Shown here one piece after another: positions 10,601 to 19,698 of a stretch of 64,000 nucleotides of DNA. Numbering within the stretch: position 1 is the first letter of the stretch; every line of letters starts with the position of its first letter. The translations under genes and the position numbers were made by a program. The notes under the pieces are model-generated. The model was given only the letters and a program-made list of their open reading frames with translations, made no database searches and was not told the origin of the DNA. This DNA comes from Bythopirellula sp. (GTDB lineage Bacteria; Planctomycetota; Planctomycetia; Pirellulales; Lacipirellulaceae). The stretch is taken from positions 1,760,001 to 1,824,000 of the forward strand of contig OZ244170.1 in NCBI GenBank assembly GCA_965216565.1. Direction: 5' to 3'.

Positions 10601-11251
10601 TCCGACGAGTAGCAGCAAATTAGCACACAACACGGCCCCCAAGACCCATAACCAGAAAGACCCTTGTTGTCTTTGACTCTGATAGCTCAGTGCAAGAATG
10701 TAGGCTAATACCAGCGTGCCCCCCGCGAGTGCTGCCCGCAATGCGTGCCATAGTCCGCCTGCGAACGCAGCCGACAGTTCGCTCTCGATCGTATCGTCTA
10801 GGCCACTTTGAACTACCAAATAGGTCAGCAGCGCTCCCAATGCCACCATGATCCAACCAGCCCACAAGGTTGTTCCACGGCCCGTCACTTTGAATCGCAG
10901 GGCATGCGCAGCAAGCAAATTTACCCCCAAGGCCGCGCCAACAAGCCAGCCACCAGGGAAGAGGATCACTCCGGGAACTGCCCAATCCCTGGGAAAGAAC
11001 ACTTTCAATTCGATAGGTGCAATCCAACAGCGAAAATAGTTCTTAATAACAAACCAAATGTCGTAGTCGATTTGCGCGAGCGTACCGGCAAGCACAAGCA
11101 CCATGGAAATTGCAAACAGCGTTACCGTTAGCCGCAGCGAGGCTAAGGGAAGAAAAACATCGCGAAGTGAAATCGGTGATTCGGACTCCGCATCTTTGGA
11201 AGCCAAATTTACATCGACCTGGAGGTCGGCTGGGATCTCGGTAGTAGCCAC
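7628..11251 (-). CDS. ccsA: Fused system II cytochrome c synthase (ResB/CcsB + CcsA)
   Basis: N-terminal ResB-like LASLRLTV..LAGTLAQ, LHGG and MNNPLRY motifs. C-terminal WLATHV and WWD domain GGLWADDSWGRFWGWDPKEN, plus GLHSYG. Confidence 0.9.
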   Translation of the reverse strand: MATTEIPADLQVDVNLASKDAESESPISLRDVFLPLASLRLTVTLFAISMVLVLAGTLAQIDYDIWFVIKNYFRCWIAPIELKVFFPRDWAVPGVILFPGGWLVGAALGVNLLAAHALRFKVTGRGTTLWAGWIMVALGALLTYLVVQSGLDDTIESELSAAFAGGLWHALRAALAGGTLVLAYILALSYQSQRQQGSFWLWVLGAVLCANLLLLVGWLFLNPNVRLDPSGLRILWQLIKAGGAGLVLLAGCYFVFGRRAGIVLLHGGIALLMFSELFTGVKATEAQMWLVEGQKFSYAEDSREVELVVVDKSSADSDIEILVPESLVRQAAASGEPLDHPALPIRLRVVDFLPNSSIRLLQPGEETPATRGEGLLYAVDGNSITTGIDESQSIESPATFVELLDKDSGESLGTVMLWSQFTPAYIVEPIEIDGKPFELSLRYKRIPKDYSIELVDFRHDTFVGTNEAKNFSSEVRLTDPEQQVDLQRKIWMNNPLRYSGDTIYQASFDPTNPRKTMLQVVTNTGWMMPYVSCMLILTGLLAHFGITFFRFAQRRAAATSYSRSSSFGDLAANWNSAAVIVPTLIVLIFGGWTLSKLRVPKTPSTEMQLREFGELPVAYQGRIQPLDTLARNALTVLSGKESLVVPKEKSALAELLGFEKKEPAIRWLLDLASDSPDFRTHRCIRIENLDVLHTLGLKRRDGYRYSLADLYENYGEYTKQIQLASDVPTEERTLTQAMFIKLANNVTLLTVLHDSFSSPLRFVRTTSRDDARADLASLFQRVQTLSKQSPLAVPPEKAGGKWRMLLAAESAPLFDAVLGKESREQLDPAVEKLRAILAAYRDNEVVEFNNAVADYKQVITERAAADAEFDQQPVAASGPGSRKTAEKLNVSRLEFESFFNYIRPFAIAMAFYVLAFLLAMCSWLGATTTLNRSANWLLWFTFLLHTAALVGRIYISGRPPVTNLYSSAIFIGWAAVLFALIFEWIYRIGIGNLLAPVVGFPSLFIAHNLAGDGDTFKVLQAVLDTQFWLATHVVCITLGYAATFVAGFLGLFYVIFSQLSSSREADLRQILARMIYGTICFATLFSFIGTILGGLWADDSWGRFWGWDPKENGALLIVIWNALVLHARWGGMIQRRGLAVLAIFGNVVTAWSWFGVNAMGVGLHSYGFRAGMAYWLTVFVLSQLAMIALGSLLSDGDTSGKKPSVAG

Positions 11252-11402
11252 AGAAAGTCGTACCTGGCTAGGAAGTGTCGGCAGGGGGAGGGAACGTTTT
11301 GGGTCTTATTCTAGCATTATAGCGCGCTAGCCGTAACGGCAACGCAAATTGACTCGATCATTTGCAGAGTCACCTGAGACCTAGCGTCGCCAAGGATGCA
11401 AT

Positions 11403-12500
11403 TCACTCGAAACGAACGGAGTCGAGATAGTCTGAGAAATTTTGCTGCTCTGCGACAACCAACGGTCGATCGCCGAAAAGCTTGAAGAACCACACCTTGC
11501 CATCTTTCACGCACATAGCGGCCAGCATGCCTCGAGGTTGGCTATCAGATTCAGCACCCAACAAAGCGACATAGCTCGCCTCCGTCCCGTCAATCTGCTT
11601 CGTCTCGACCAGCTCGCCAATTGCGGCTTCGTCGAGATCGGTCAGCCCCACTTGGCCCGCCCAGCGGCTAACGTTGGCAGTCACGTCGGAAATCTGCGGC
11701 CCCCCTGCGACCGGGAGCGAAATCACGGTGACCTCCGCCTTCTGGTCGGCCTGGGAAATCTCAAAGGCCGCTTTCCGCATTGCACTGAGGCGGCCCGGAT
11801 TCCAGCCTGATGGTGTATCGTATTTGAGTCCCCCCCCTCCGGCAGAAGATGTAGCCTCCTTGCGATCGGGTGCCGTTGCCGTATCTTTTGCTTGTCCCCC
11901 GTGCGGGTTGGCCATCGGCTTTGGTCGCGATAGCCCAGCGAGGTGTAAAACAGTCACTTTTCCTGCAGGAGTTTCGATCACGTTAGACAGTTTTTCAATC
12001 GCCTCCTTGGGCAGGGCACGTTGGTCGAGTTGTCCCATCCATCGTTCTACATTGCGATAAAGGAAACTGTCCCAATCGTCGGAGATCGGCAACGACGAAA
12101 CGGCGATTTCAGCAGCATTCGGCTCAGAGGACATTTTGAGCGTTGCTGCTCGCATTTGTGAGCCTTCCTTCTCTTGCCAAGTCTCGGGGAGTTCCCAACT
12201 CGGAGGCGCGTCTTTCTCGGAAGCAGGGCCAAGCGATTCCAGGAATTTCAGGAATTCTTTGCGGCGGGATTCAACTTGAGTACTTGGACCAGTGATTTTA
12301 AAGAACCAAGCCTTCTCCTCGGTGGGAAGTACTGCCACCAAGGTGTGGTCCATCCGCTCTTTCTTTTCACCCACGTCGAAAGCTTGACGCGGCTCGGTTT
12401 TGTCGACTGTGCGGCTGGTGATTTCAGGCTGAGGCTCACACCCCAAAGCTAATGCCATTGCTACACAAATTAGAAAGATCGGGAGGCCGCTATTGAACAC
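11403..12500 (-). CDS. Putative lipoprotein with two tandem homologous domains, upstream of ccsA
   Basis: Lipobox-like LALGC. Internal duplication: NVERWMGQL/NVSRWAGQV and WFFKITG/WFFKLFG. Confidence 0.7.
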   Translation of the reverse strand: MFNSGLPIFLICVAMALALGCEPQPEITSRTVDKTEPRQAFDVGEKKERMDHTLVAVLPTEEKAWFFKITGPSTQVESRRKEFLKFLESLGPASEKDAPPSWELPETWQEKEGSQMRAATLKMSSEPNAAEIAVSSLPISDDWDSFLYRNVERWMGQLDQRALPKEAIEKLSNVIETPAGKVTVLHLAGLSRPKPMANPHGGQAKDTATAPDRKEATSSAGGGGLKYDTPSGWNPGRLSAMRKAAFEISQADQKAEVTVISLPVAGGPQISDVTANVSRWAGQVGLTDLDEAAIGELVETKQIDGTEASYVALLGAESDSQPRGMLAAMCVKDGKVWFFKLFGDRPLVVAEQQNFSDYLDSVRFE

Positions 12501-12609
12501 GGGGACACCAGGGGGCAGGACAGATTGATCGGCGAGAAACGTCTAGCCTGAACGAATTCTGTCGATTTCGCAATGCGCAACTTGCGAAACTAAGACCGCC
12601 ACAGGCTTT

Positions 12610-14244
12610 TTAGCCCAAACCGAAAGCACCCAACAGAGCATCCATCAAATCGCTGCTGACGCTAAACTCCTCGTTCCAAGTCCAGATGTTTCGCAGCACA
12701 TCAAGCATCATCACGCTGGCTAGCATCAAGAACAGGGTGGTGGAACCTAGCAACAACATCGATACCCAGTTGTAGGGCTGCTCGTCTGAAGCAGCAGCCA
12801 CAGGGGCCGGGCTGTAAGAAGTATCGAAATCCCCCGCCGGTGCATCATCAAAGTCCTCGGTGAGGACGACTGCTTCGTCTCCCGCATCCTCGGTGAGATC
12901 TACTTCTTCGAATTCCGCGACGGCTGACGCCCCTAGTTCTTCAATCTCTGCATCCAGAGCGATCACCTGCGAGCTACTGTCCCCATCGGTCTCTGCGGCA
13001 CCCTCGGAAAGCGGGGTCAACTGAAAATCGTCATCCGTTTGGAGCGAGGCAGAAGCAGATGCCTCTCCGCCTTCGTCTGCGTCGCCAAGAAGCGAGATCT
13101 CAGGATCGGAATCTCCGCCGAGTGATAACGAACTCAGGATTGCCGAGCCACCGATATCAAGCGGAATATCGTCCAACGCCAAACCACTATCTGCCGGAGA
13201 CAGATTGATCCCACTATCGCCACTGTCGAGGGTGATGTCGCTACCGCTGCCGTCACCTAAATCAAGCTCGCTGTCACTAGCCAACTCAATCTCGCCACCC
13301 GAACCTTCGTCGCCGCCACTGCCTCCATCTTCAAGCTCGAGTAATGGGACGTCTGTCGAACCCATGTTGCTATCGTCGGCGATGCCGTCGTCCTCCAATC
13401 GCAAATCGCTATCTTCATTGGCTTCACTCTTGGGCTGCTCGGCAGCTTGGGATTGGTCGGCGTCTACGGGATCGAGAATGCGACTCGATTCGGCTGCAAG
13501 ATCAATCTCAAGCTCGTCCAGATCTTCAAAGGCACTCGCCCCCGGACCAGAATCGCTGGTTTCAGTATCCAATACACCAGAACCTGCAATTTTTGAGGAA
13601 AGCACATCCGACGCTCCCGGTCCAGCGAGTTTCACATCGCTCTGACTGGCCAACACATCATCATCGTCAGCAAGCTCAAGTTCTAAGTCGGCGTCTTCGC
13701 CCTCATCTTTACCAATCACGGTGCTGCCATGTTTGCTGACCGATTCGCCCAATTCTTCTTCGCTCAGCAGGATTGAGTCGGACGGGCCAACAGCTTCATT
13801 TTCGTCCAGCAGAAGATCGCTAGCTCCGGCAGTGACGGTGTCATCTAGCTCGGCCAATTCCAGTTCGCTTCCGCTCGATTCGGTATCTGTATCGGGAGGC
13901 TCAATCTCCAATTCTGAGTCGGTTGTTGGAACAGCCGAACCCGCCGATATTTTAGTATCGTCGTCATCATCGATCTGCAGTTCCAGATCGTCATCGCTTC
14001 CAACCAAGCTCAATGGCTCGGCATCCACAAGATCGTCTTCGTCCACCAGACCGATATCACTAGGTGGTGCCGGTTCCGGCACCCCTTCATCCATCATTTT
14101 CTGAATCTCGTCGCCTCGGAATTTCCAGCTTGAGCCGTCGCGATAGGCACGCAGCTGGCCCGCCTCGCGCAGCTCATTTAGCTTGTCTGCCGAAACGCCA
14201 AGCTTTTCCAATGCATCATCGAAAGTGACGAACTTCTGGTCCAT
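12610..14244 (-). CDS. Excisionase/MerR-like HTH + long acidic low-complexity linker + C-terminal TM helix
   Basis: N-terminus TFDDALEKLGVSADKLNELREAGQLRAYRDGSSWKFR, about 430 aa rich in D/E/S/G/L, then TM segment WVSMLLLGSTTLFLMLASVMML. Confidence 0.75.
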   Translation of the reverse strand: MDQKFVTFDDALEKLGVSADKLNELREAGQLRAYRDGSSWKFRGDEIQKMMDEGVPEPAPPSDIGLVDEDDLVDAEPLSLVGSDDDLELQIDDDDDTKISAGSAVPTTDSELEIEPPDTDTESSGSELELAELDDTVTAGASDLLLDENEAVGPSDSILLSEEELGESVSKHGSTVIGKDEGEDADLELELADDDDVLASQSDVKLAGPGASDVLSSKIAGSGVLDTETSDSGPGASAFEDLDELEIDLAAESSRILDPVDADQSQAAEQPKSEANEDSDLRLEDDGIADDSNMGSTDVPLLELEDGGSGGDEGSGGEIELASDSELDLGDGSGSDITLDSGDSGINLSPADSGLALDDIPLDIGGSAILSSLSLGGDSDPEISLLGDADEGGEASASASLQTDDDFQLTPLSEGAAETDGDSSSQVIALDAEIEELGASAVAEFEEVDLTEDAGDEAVVLTEDFDDAPAGDFDTSYSPAPVAAASDEQPYNWVSMLLLGSTTLFLMLASVMMLDVLRNIWTWNEEFSVSSDLMDALLGAFGLG

Positions 14245-14293
14245 CGAAACCTCTTCAAGGTAATATCAAGTCAGTGACTGCGACCGTCAGGCA

Positions 14294-14656
14294 CTAGTTC
14301 TGCCGGTCTAGCATATTCTTTATCTCTTGCGGCGAGGGTTCGGTACTGTTGTAACCAGTCATTTGTAAATCAAATACCAAGTTACGACAGCTTAGAAACT
14401 TGATCTCGCCTTTCTCTCTACCGATCTCGTAAACAGCTACGCTCATCCGTTGCGAGTCGACTACCACCAATCGTGCGGGTCGACCTTCACTCTCCTGCAG
14501 GTAGGTTGTTAGGTTGCCACCCGCAACGCCCATTGGCGAGGCTTGCACGGCCCACGATTGTTGGCCCGACTCGTTCCAAGTCGAACCGATCGCCACCAAC
14601 ACCAAAACAACTACTAACAAACCGAGTGAATGACTCTTTCCTTGCATCGCTTCCAT
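14294..14656 (-). CDS. Hypothetical exported or membrane-anchored protein
   Basis: Probable start MEAMQG. Hydrophobic leader followed by a beta-rich domain. Confidence 0.6.
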   Translation of the reverse strand: MEAMQGKSHSLGLLVVVLVLVAIGSTWNESGQQSWAVQASPMGVAGGNLTTYLQESEGRPARLVVVDSQRMSVAVYEIGREKGEIKFLSCRNLVFDLQMTGYNSTEPSPQEIKNMLDRQN

Positions 14657-14982
14657 CCTATTCTGCTGCGCTAGATTGCCCTCGAAGCAAATCGGTTGCT
14701 GCAAGAAGAATCCACGATCAGCGGTCTCGGAGGCGATTGCCCTCAACTTATATTATTAAGAGCCGCCGCCACCCATTCAAGAAAAATTCAGCCCATCCCC
14801 TTATCTCTTCAAGGGTTAGTTAAAGGGCACAATCGTTCCAACCGTTTCTGCTGGTAGTCCCGACACCGTGGAGTTTACCCCCATGTGGCCCAATCGACCA
14901 ACTAGGGGGCTCACAGAGGCCAGCTGGAGAGTCTGCGAGCGCCCGTATGAGATTGAATTGAAATTTGGTAGCCTAGGCTTCC

Positions 14983-15798
14983 ATGAAAGACTTAGAAAAG
15001 CCTAATTTGGAGGGCCGTTTAGGGCACGCGGTCGAATTCGCACGTCAAGCGGGGCAGCAAACTTTGCAGCTCTTCAGGGCCGCCGAATGCGGATTACAGT
15101 GGAAATCGGACGGTTCGCCCGTTACCGAAGCGGACCAAAACGCCGAGCAGCTCCTCCGGGATTTGATTTCTAAGCAATATCCGGACGACGGCATCCTGGG
15201 GGAAGAATTTCCAGAAAAACCGGGCTCCAGCGGCCATCAATGGGTTCTCGACCCTATCGACGGGACTAAGTCGTTCGTCACGGGGGTACCACTCTATGCG
15301 ACTCTCGTGGCCGTCATGCAGAACAACGAACCACAAATCGGCGTCATCTACGCCCCGGCTGTCGATGAAATCGTATTTGCCGAGGTGGGCCGTGGTTGTT
15401 GGCATGGAATCGGCGACGCCCAACCGAGGCCGTCCCGAGTCTCCGAGGTCGTCAAGCTGGAGGAGAGTGTTTTTCTTACCACTTCTGTGAAAGCATTCTC
15501 GACGTCTCGCAAGCAAGACGATCGGCATGTATACGACAATTTGCAATCGGCTTGCCGGCTGACACGAACCTGGGGCGATGCCTTTGGCTATCTCCTTGTA
15601 GCCACGGGCCGTGCCGAAGTGATGATCGACCCGGCCATGAATTTGTGGGATGCCGCCGCGCTCAAACCGGTGATCGAAGAGGCAGGCGGCAAGTTTTTCG
15701 ATTGGCAAGGCAAAGCAACAGTCCACAGCGGCGAATCGATTGCCACGAATCATCATGTTGCCGATGAAGTGCTAAAGATTGTTCAAAGAAAGGAATAG
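14983..15798 (+). CDS. hisN: Histidinol-phosphatase, inositol monophosphatase family
   Basis: Motifs [33 protein letters not shown] and WDAAAL. Confidence 0.8.
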   Translation: MKDLEKPNLEGRLGHAVEFARQAGQQTLQLFRAAECGLQWKSDGSPVTEADQNAEQLLRDLISKQYPDDGILGEEFPEKPGSSGHQWVLDPIDGTKSFVTGVPLYATLVAVMQNNEPQIGVIYAPAVDEIVFAEVGRGCWHGIGDAQPRPSRVSEVVKLEESVFLTTSVKAFSTSRKQDDRHVYDNLQSACRLTRTWGDAFGYLLVATGRAEVMIDPAMNLWDAAALKPVIEEAGGKFFDWQGKATVHSGESIATNHHVADEVLKIVQRKE

Positions 15799-15806
15799 AA
15801 CATTCC

Positions 15807-16850
15807 ATGAAGCGACGGCAACTTGGACAGAGTGGACTCAGCGTTTCTGAAATTTGCCTGGGAACCATGACCTTTGGCCAGCAGGCAGATGAAGTTAAAT
15901 CGGCGAAGATTATGGACACTGCTTACAACGCGGGGGTGAATTTCCTCGACGTCGCAGAGATCTATCCCGTGCCACCTTCGGCGGAAACAGTTGGAGTGAC
16001 CGAAGAGATTGTAGGTCGCTGGCTCAAGAACAAGCCGCGAGAATCGGTCATTCTGGCGACGAAAGTCACCGGCCCTGGCCATGGATGGTTCGAGCCACCC
16101 GTCCGTCACGGAATGACGGCACTCGACCCTCACCAGATCCGCAAGGCGATTGAAGGGTCGCTCGAACGTCTGCAAACCGACTACATCGACCTCTATCAAA
16201 CGCATTGGCCGGATCACGGAATGCGTTACGAAGACACCCTGTCGGCTCTTACCAAGTTGGTCGAGGCAGGAAAGGTACGCGCGATCGGATGTAGCAATGA
16301 AACAAGCTGGGGTGTGATGAAGAGCCTGCAAGCTGCTGAGAATCACTCGCTGCGACGATACGATACGGTGCAAAACAACTTCTCGCTCATCAACCGACGC
16401 TGCGAGAGCGAACTGGCCCAAGTCTGCCGCAAAGAGGCGATTAGTCTGTTGCCTTACTCGCCATTGGGTGGCGGCGTGCTAACCGGAAAATACAGTGACG
16501 ATCAAAACCTACCCCCCGGCGCCCGATTCTCGGACTATCTGCAAACCGGCGGCGAACGGCAGCAACGCATGGCGAAGCGTTTCGTCAATCCACGGACTCA
16601 GGAAACGGCGCGGCGGTTGATGGCCCTCGCCAAGGAGCTTTCGATCTCTGTCACCACGCTTTGCGTTGCATGGAGCAAGCAACACGATTTTGTCGGCTCG
16701 ACAATCATCGGGGTGAGTCGATTCGAGCAACTCGAAGAAAACTTACAAGCCGCCGATCTGGTACTGGACACGGAAACCCTGGCCAAGATCGATGATCTAG
16801 ACCGTGAAATTCCTACCCCGATGACGGAGGATGGTTTGCGGAGACTGTAG
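15807..16850 (+). CDS. Aldo/keto reductase (Tas-like)
   Basis: Motifs [32 protein letters not shown] and YSPLGGG. Confidence 0.9.
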   Translation: MKRRQLGQSGLSVSEICLGTMTFGQQADEVKSAKIMDTAYNAGVNFLDVAEIYPVPPSAETVGVTEEIVGRWLKNKPRESVILATKVTGPGHGWFEPPVRHGMTALDPHQIRKAIEGSLERLQTDYIDLYQTHWPDHGMRYEDTLSALTKLVEAGKVRAIGCSNETSWGVMKSLQAAENHSLRRYDTVQNNFSLINRRCESELAQVCRKEAISLLPYSPLGGGVLTGKYSDDQNLPPGARFSDYLQTGGERQQRMAKRFVNPRTQETARRLMALAKELSISVTTLCVAWSKQHDFVGSTIIGVSRFEQLEENLQAADLVLDTETLAKIDDLDREIPTPMTEDGLRRL

Positions 16851-17028
16851 ACCGAATCTTTCAGGTAGCTAATACCCTCATCCTTCAGTCTTATCGCAAC
16901 ACTGTGTTGCCGCAAGAGGTTTCAGGAGATGAGGGGGATGTTGGAGATAGTGGGGATAGTCTTATCTGGATAGGCTCAACCGAATGGCTTCGAGCAGTCG
17001 GGACTACAGCACCGGGTGAGCTTAAAGT

Positions 17029-17203
17029 GGGGACTGGCTCGCGATCGCAAGCTGTCGGATGGCCATCGGTTAGGCTTTCCAGCGATCCCGTGCCTGTCCC
17101 CATTTTAAGCGGTGCATTGGTGGTCCGTCGAACAAAGGGGACAGGCACGACGACTCGACGTGTGCTCAGGCGCAAGCCGTTATTTTGCGTCGAGCCAGTC
17201 CCC
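17029..17203. repeat. Inverted pair of REP-like units (GGGGACWGGCWCG ends)
   Basis: GGGGACTGGCTCG (17029)...CGTGCCTGTCCCC (17089-17101) and GGGGACAGGCACG (17137)...CGAGCCAGTCCCC (17191-17203). Confidence 0.8.
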
Positions 17204-17349
17204 TTTCTTCGACTTCCGGTCCTGCGTAGTAGCACTAGAGCGTGCCGGTGCTAGGACGAGCCATCCCAGTTGCGTGGATTCTCAGACCGGGTATATTGGG
17301 TGATTCGTTCGATTTCGACAGTTTCTGGTATGTAAACAAGGATAAACTG

Positions 17350-17625
17350 ATGGCCCGGCAATGCGACGTTTGCGGCAAAGGCGCCCAGATGGGCAATCAA
17401 GTCTCCATCCGCGGTAAAAAGAAGTATTTAGGTGGGGTAGGTACCAAAATCACCGGTATCACCCGTCGGCAATTTAAGCCCAATCTGCAACGAGTTCACA
17501 TCACCACCCCCAATGGCACGCACAAGACTATCAACGCGTGCACGCAATGTTTGCGTAGTGGGGCAGTGACGAAGGTCGTCCGTCGCGCACCTTTCAAAGT
17601 GCCCGAAAAAGCTGCAGCCAAGTAG
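17350..17625 (+). CDS. rpmB: 50S ribosomal protein L28
   Basis: MARQCDVCGK...TRRQFKPNLQ...CTQCLRS. Confidence 0.95.
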   Translation: MARQCDVCGKGAQMGNQVSIRGKKKYLGGVGTKITGITRRQFKPNLQRVHITTPNGTHKTINACTQCLRSGAVTKVVRRAPFKVPEKAAAK

Positions 17626-17655
17626 TCTCGGCCAATCCTTCTTTATGCGGGGAAC

Positions 17656-17955
17656 GTGCCGATGTCTCTCTCTCGTGCCGATGTCGAAAAAGTTGCGCTA
17701 CTGGCTCGCTTGCGGCTCAGCGAAGCGGAACTGACACAGCTCACAGACGAGATGGCTAAGATCGTGGATTACGTCGATCAATTGGCAGAGGTCGATACCG
17801 ACAACGTGCTGCCGATGGCCCATGCGGTGGAAGTGAGCAACGTCTTTGCAAACGATGAGGTCCTGCCGAGTTTGCCACGTGAGCAGGCGCTAGCCAACGC
17901 TCCTCGCCACAACGAGCGCGGGTATCTTGTCCCCGCAGTGCTCGGCGATCAGTAA
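17656..17955 (+). CDS. gatC: Asp/Glu-tRNA amidotransferase subunit C
   Basis: Motifs DVEKVALLARL, LAEVDT and ALANAP. Precedes gatA. Confidence 0.93.
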   Translation: MPMSLSRADVEKVALLARLRLSEAELTQLTDEMAKIVDYVDQLAEVDTDNVLPMAHAVEVSNVFANDEVLPSLPREQALANAPRHNERGYLVPAVLGDQ

Positions 17956-17975
17956 GCCACACTGGCTAGGGAAGT

Positions 17976-19514
17976 ATGTCTGTAATCGACCAAACAGCCA
18001 GTCAACTGCTCGATCAGCTCTCCAAGAGCAAACTCTCCTCGGTCGAGATCACGCAAAGCTATCTCGATCGGATCGCCGCCCACGACGAAACGGTCGGCGC
18101 ATTTTTGCATGTTTCCCCGGAATATGCCCTCGAACAAGCTGCGTCGATCGATGCCCGTCGCGCCAAGGGCGAACCGCTCGGCATGCTGGCAGGTTTGCCG
18201 GTGGCGGTAAAAGATGTGCTTTGCGATAGCCAAACAACTGCCACATGCGCCTCAAAGATGCTGGAGCAGTTCCGGCCACCCTACGACTCGACTGTCATCG
18301 CAAGGCTGAAAGCAGCCGACGCGGTGCTGATCGGCCGCACCAATATGGACGAGTTTGCCATGGGCGGGTCGACGGAAAACTCTGCCTATCAACTCACCAG
18401 AAATCCCTGGGACAAAGAGCGGGCCCCCGGCGGCTCGAGCGGTGGGGCGGCTGCCTGCGTGGCGGCCAGCATGGCACCTCTCTCCGTTGGTACCGATACG
18501 GGAGGATCTATCCGACAACCGGCTGGTCTCTGCGGTGTGGTCGGGCTCAAGCCTACCTATGGACGCGTCAGCCGATTCGGTCTCATTGCGTTTGCCAGTA
18601 GTCTCGATCAAGTCGGCCCCCTGGCCCACACGGTGTCTGACGCCGCATTGCTATTGGAATCGATTGCTGGTCACGATCCGCGTGATGCAACATCCCTCGA
18701 CAACGCCCCGCCAAGGTATACCGAGTCGATCGAACAACCCCTAGAGGGTTTGCGGCTGGGCATCGTCCGCGAACATTTTGCCGCGGGTCTCGACTCAGAA
18801 GTGGAGTCAGCCGTGCGCAAAGCGATTTCCGTTTACGAATCGCTCGGCGCGCAAGTTCAAGAAATATCCTTGCCTCACAGTAAGTACGCCGTCGCAACTT
18901 ATTATGTGATTGCCCCCAGCGAGGCCTCCAGCAACCTAGCTCGATACGATGGCGTGCATTACGGTTATCGCACTGACAGTGCTACGATGTTGGCGGAGTT
19001 AGAGAGCGAACGGAAAGAACTGGAAGCGAAGGGCGATCAGGAAGGGCTGGCGGCACTCGATACCAGCCTGGTGCGGATGTATCGGCGAACCCGAGCCGAA
19101 GGTTTTGGGCCCGAGGTAAAGCGGCGCATCATGCTCGGCACTTATGCCCTGAGTGCCGGCTATTACGATGCCTATTACCTGAAAGCCCTCAAGGTGCGGC
19201 GACTCATTCGCCAGGATTACGACGCCGCGTTCGACCAGGTCGACATGATTGTTGGCCCCGTCACCGCCGAGCCGGCATTCAAATTGGGAGAGCTCTCCGG
19301 CGATCCCCTTTCGATGTACCTGGTCGATCTCTACACAGTCAGCGCCAATCTCGCGGGGATCCCCGCGCTGAGCTTGCCCTGTGGGATCACCGACTCGGGC
19401 TTACCCATCGGCCTGCAATTGCAAGCACCGCCACTTGCAGAAGAGAAACTCTTGCGTTGCGGAAGAATGTACGAACGCGAAACCAACTGGCACACCAAAC
19501 GACCTGAGCTATAG
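17976..19514 (+). CDS. gatA: Asp/Glu-tRNA amidotransferase subunit A
   Basis: Amidase signature PGGSSGG...GTDTGGSIRQPA, plus SSNLARYDG and EVKRRIMLGTYALS. Confidence 0.97.
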   Translation: MSVIDQTASQLLDQLSKSKLSSVEITQSYLDRIAAHDETVGAFLHVSPEYALEQAASIDARRAKGEPLGMLAGLPVAVKDVLCDSQTTATCASKMLEQFRPPYDSTVIARLKAADAVLIGRTNMDEFAMGGSTENSAYQLTRNPWDKERAPGGSSGGAAACVAASMAPLSVGTDTGGSIRQPAGLCGVVGLKPTYGRVSRFGLIAFASSLDQVGPLAHTVSDAALLLESIAGHDPRDATSLDNAPPRYTESIEQPLEGLRLGIVREHFAAGLDSEVESAVRKAISVYESLGAQVQEISLPHSKYAVATYYVIAPSEASSNLARYDGVHYGYRTDSATMLAELESERKELEAKGDQEGLAALDTSLVRMYRRTRAEGFGPEVKRRIMLGTYALSAGYYDAYYLKALKVRRLIRQDYDAAFDQVDMIVGPVTAEPAFKLGELSGDPLSMYLVDLYTVSANLAGIPALSLPCGITDSGLPIGLQLQAPPLAEEKLLRCGRMYERETNWHTKRPEL

Positions 19515-19524
19515 AGAGCCTTAG

Positions 19525-19645
19525 GAACCACAAAGACACAAAGACACAAAGGACACGAAGAACGTTTTTTAAAGAAGAATAGTTTCAGAAATAGTTGAAA
19601 AGAATTCATCTTAAATTTTTCGTGTTCTTTGTGGCTTTGTGGTTC
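19525..19645. repeat. Inverted arrays of short tandem units (CACAAAGA-type) around an AT-rich spacer
   Basis: GAACCACAAAGACACAAAGACACAAAGGACACGAA ... TTCGTGTTCTTTGTGGCTTTGTGGTTC, between gatA and gatB. Confidence 0.85.
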
Positions 19646-19698
19646 AAAAGAATTAACGACATAATTTCGATCCGCGTCATTCGCGGGCCTTTTTAGAA

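Noticed and set aside
13205..14104. Ser-rich plus-strand ORFs
   Set aside because: Antisense reading of the Asp/Glu-rich linker codons
16891..17303. Overlapping ORFs of 114, 116 and 63 aa on both strands
   Set aside because: They run across the palindromic repeats, have no protein-like features, and are best explained as repeat-derived open frames
19525..19645. Possible CRISPR array
   Set aside because: Units are 8-9 nt with no unique spacers, and there are no cas genes
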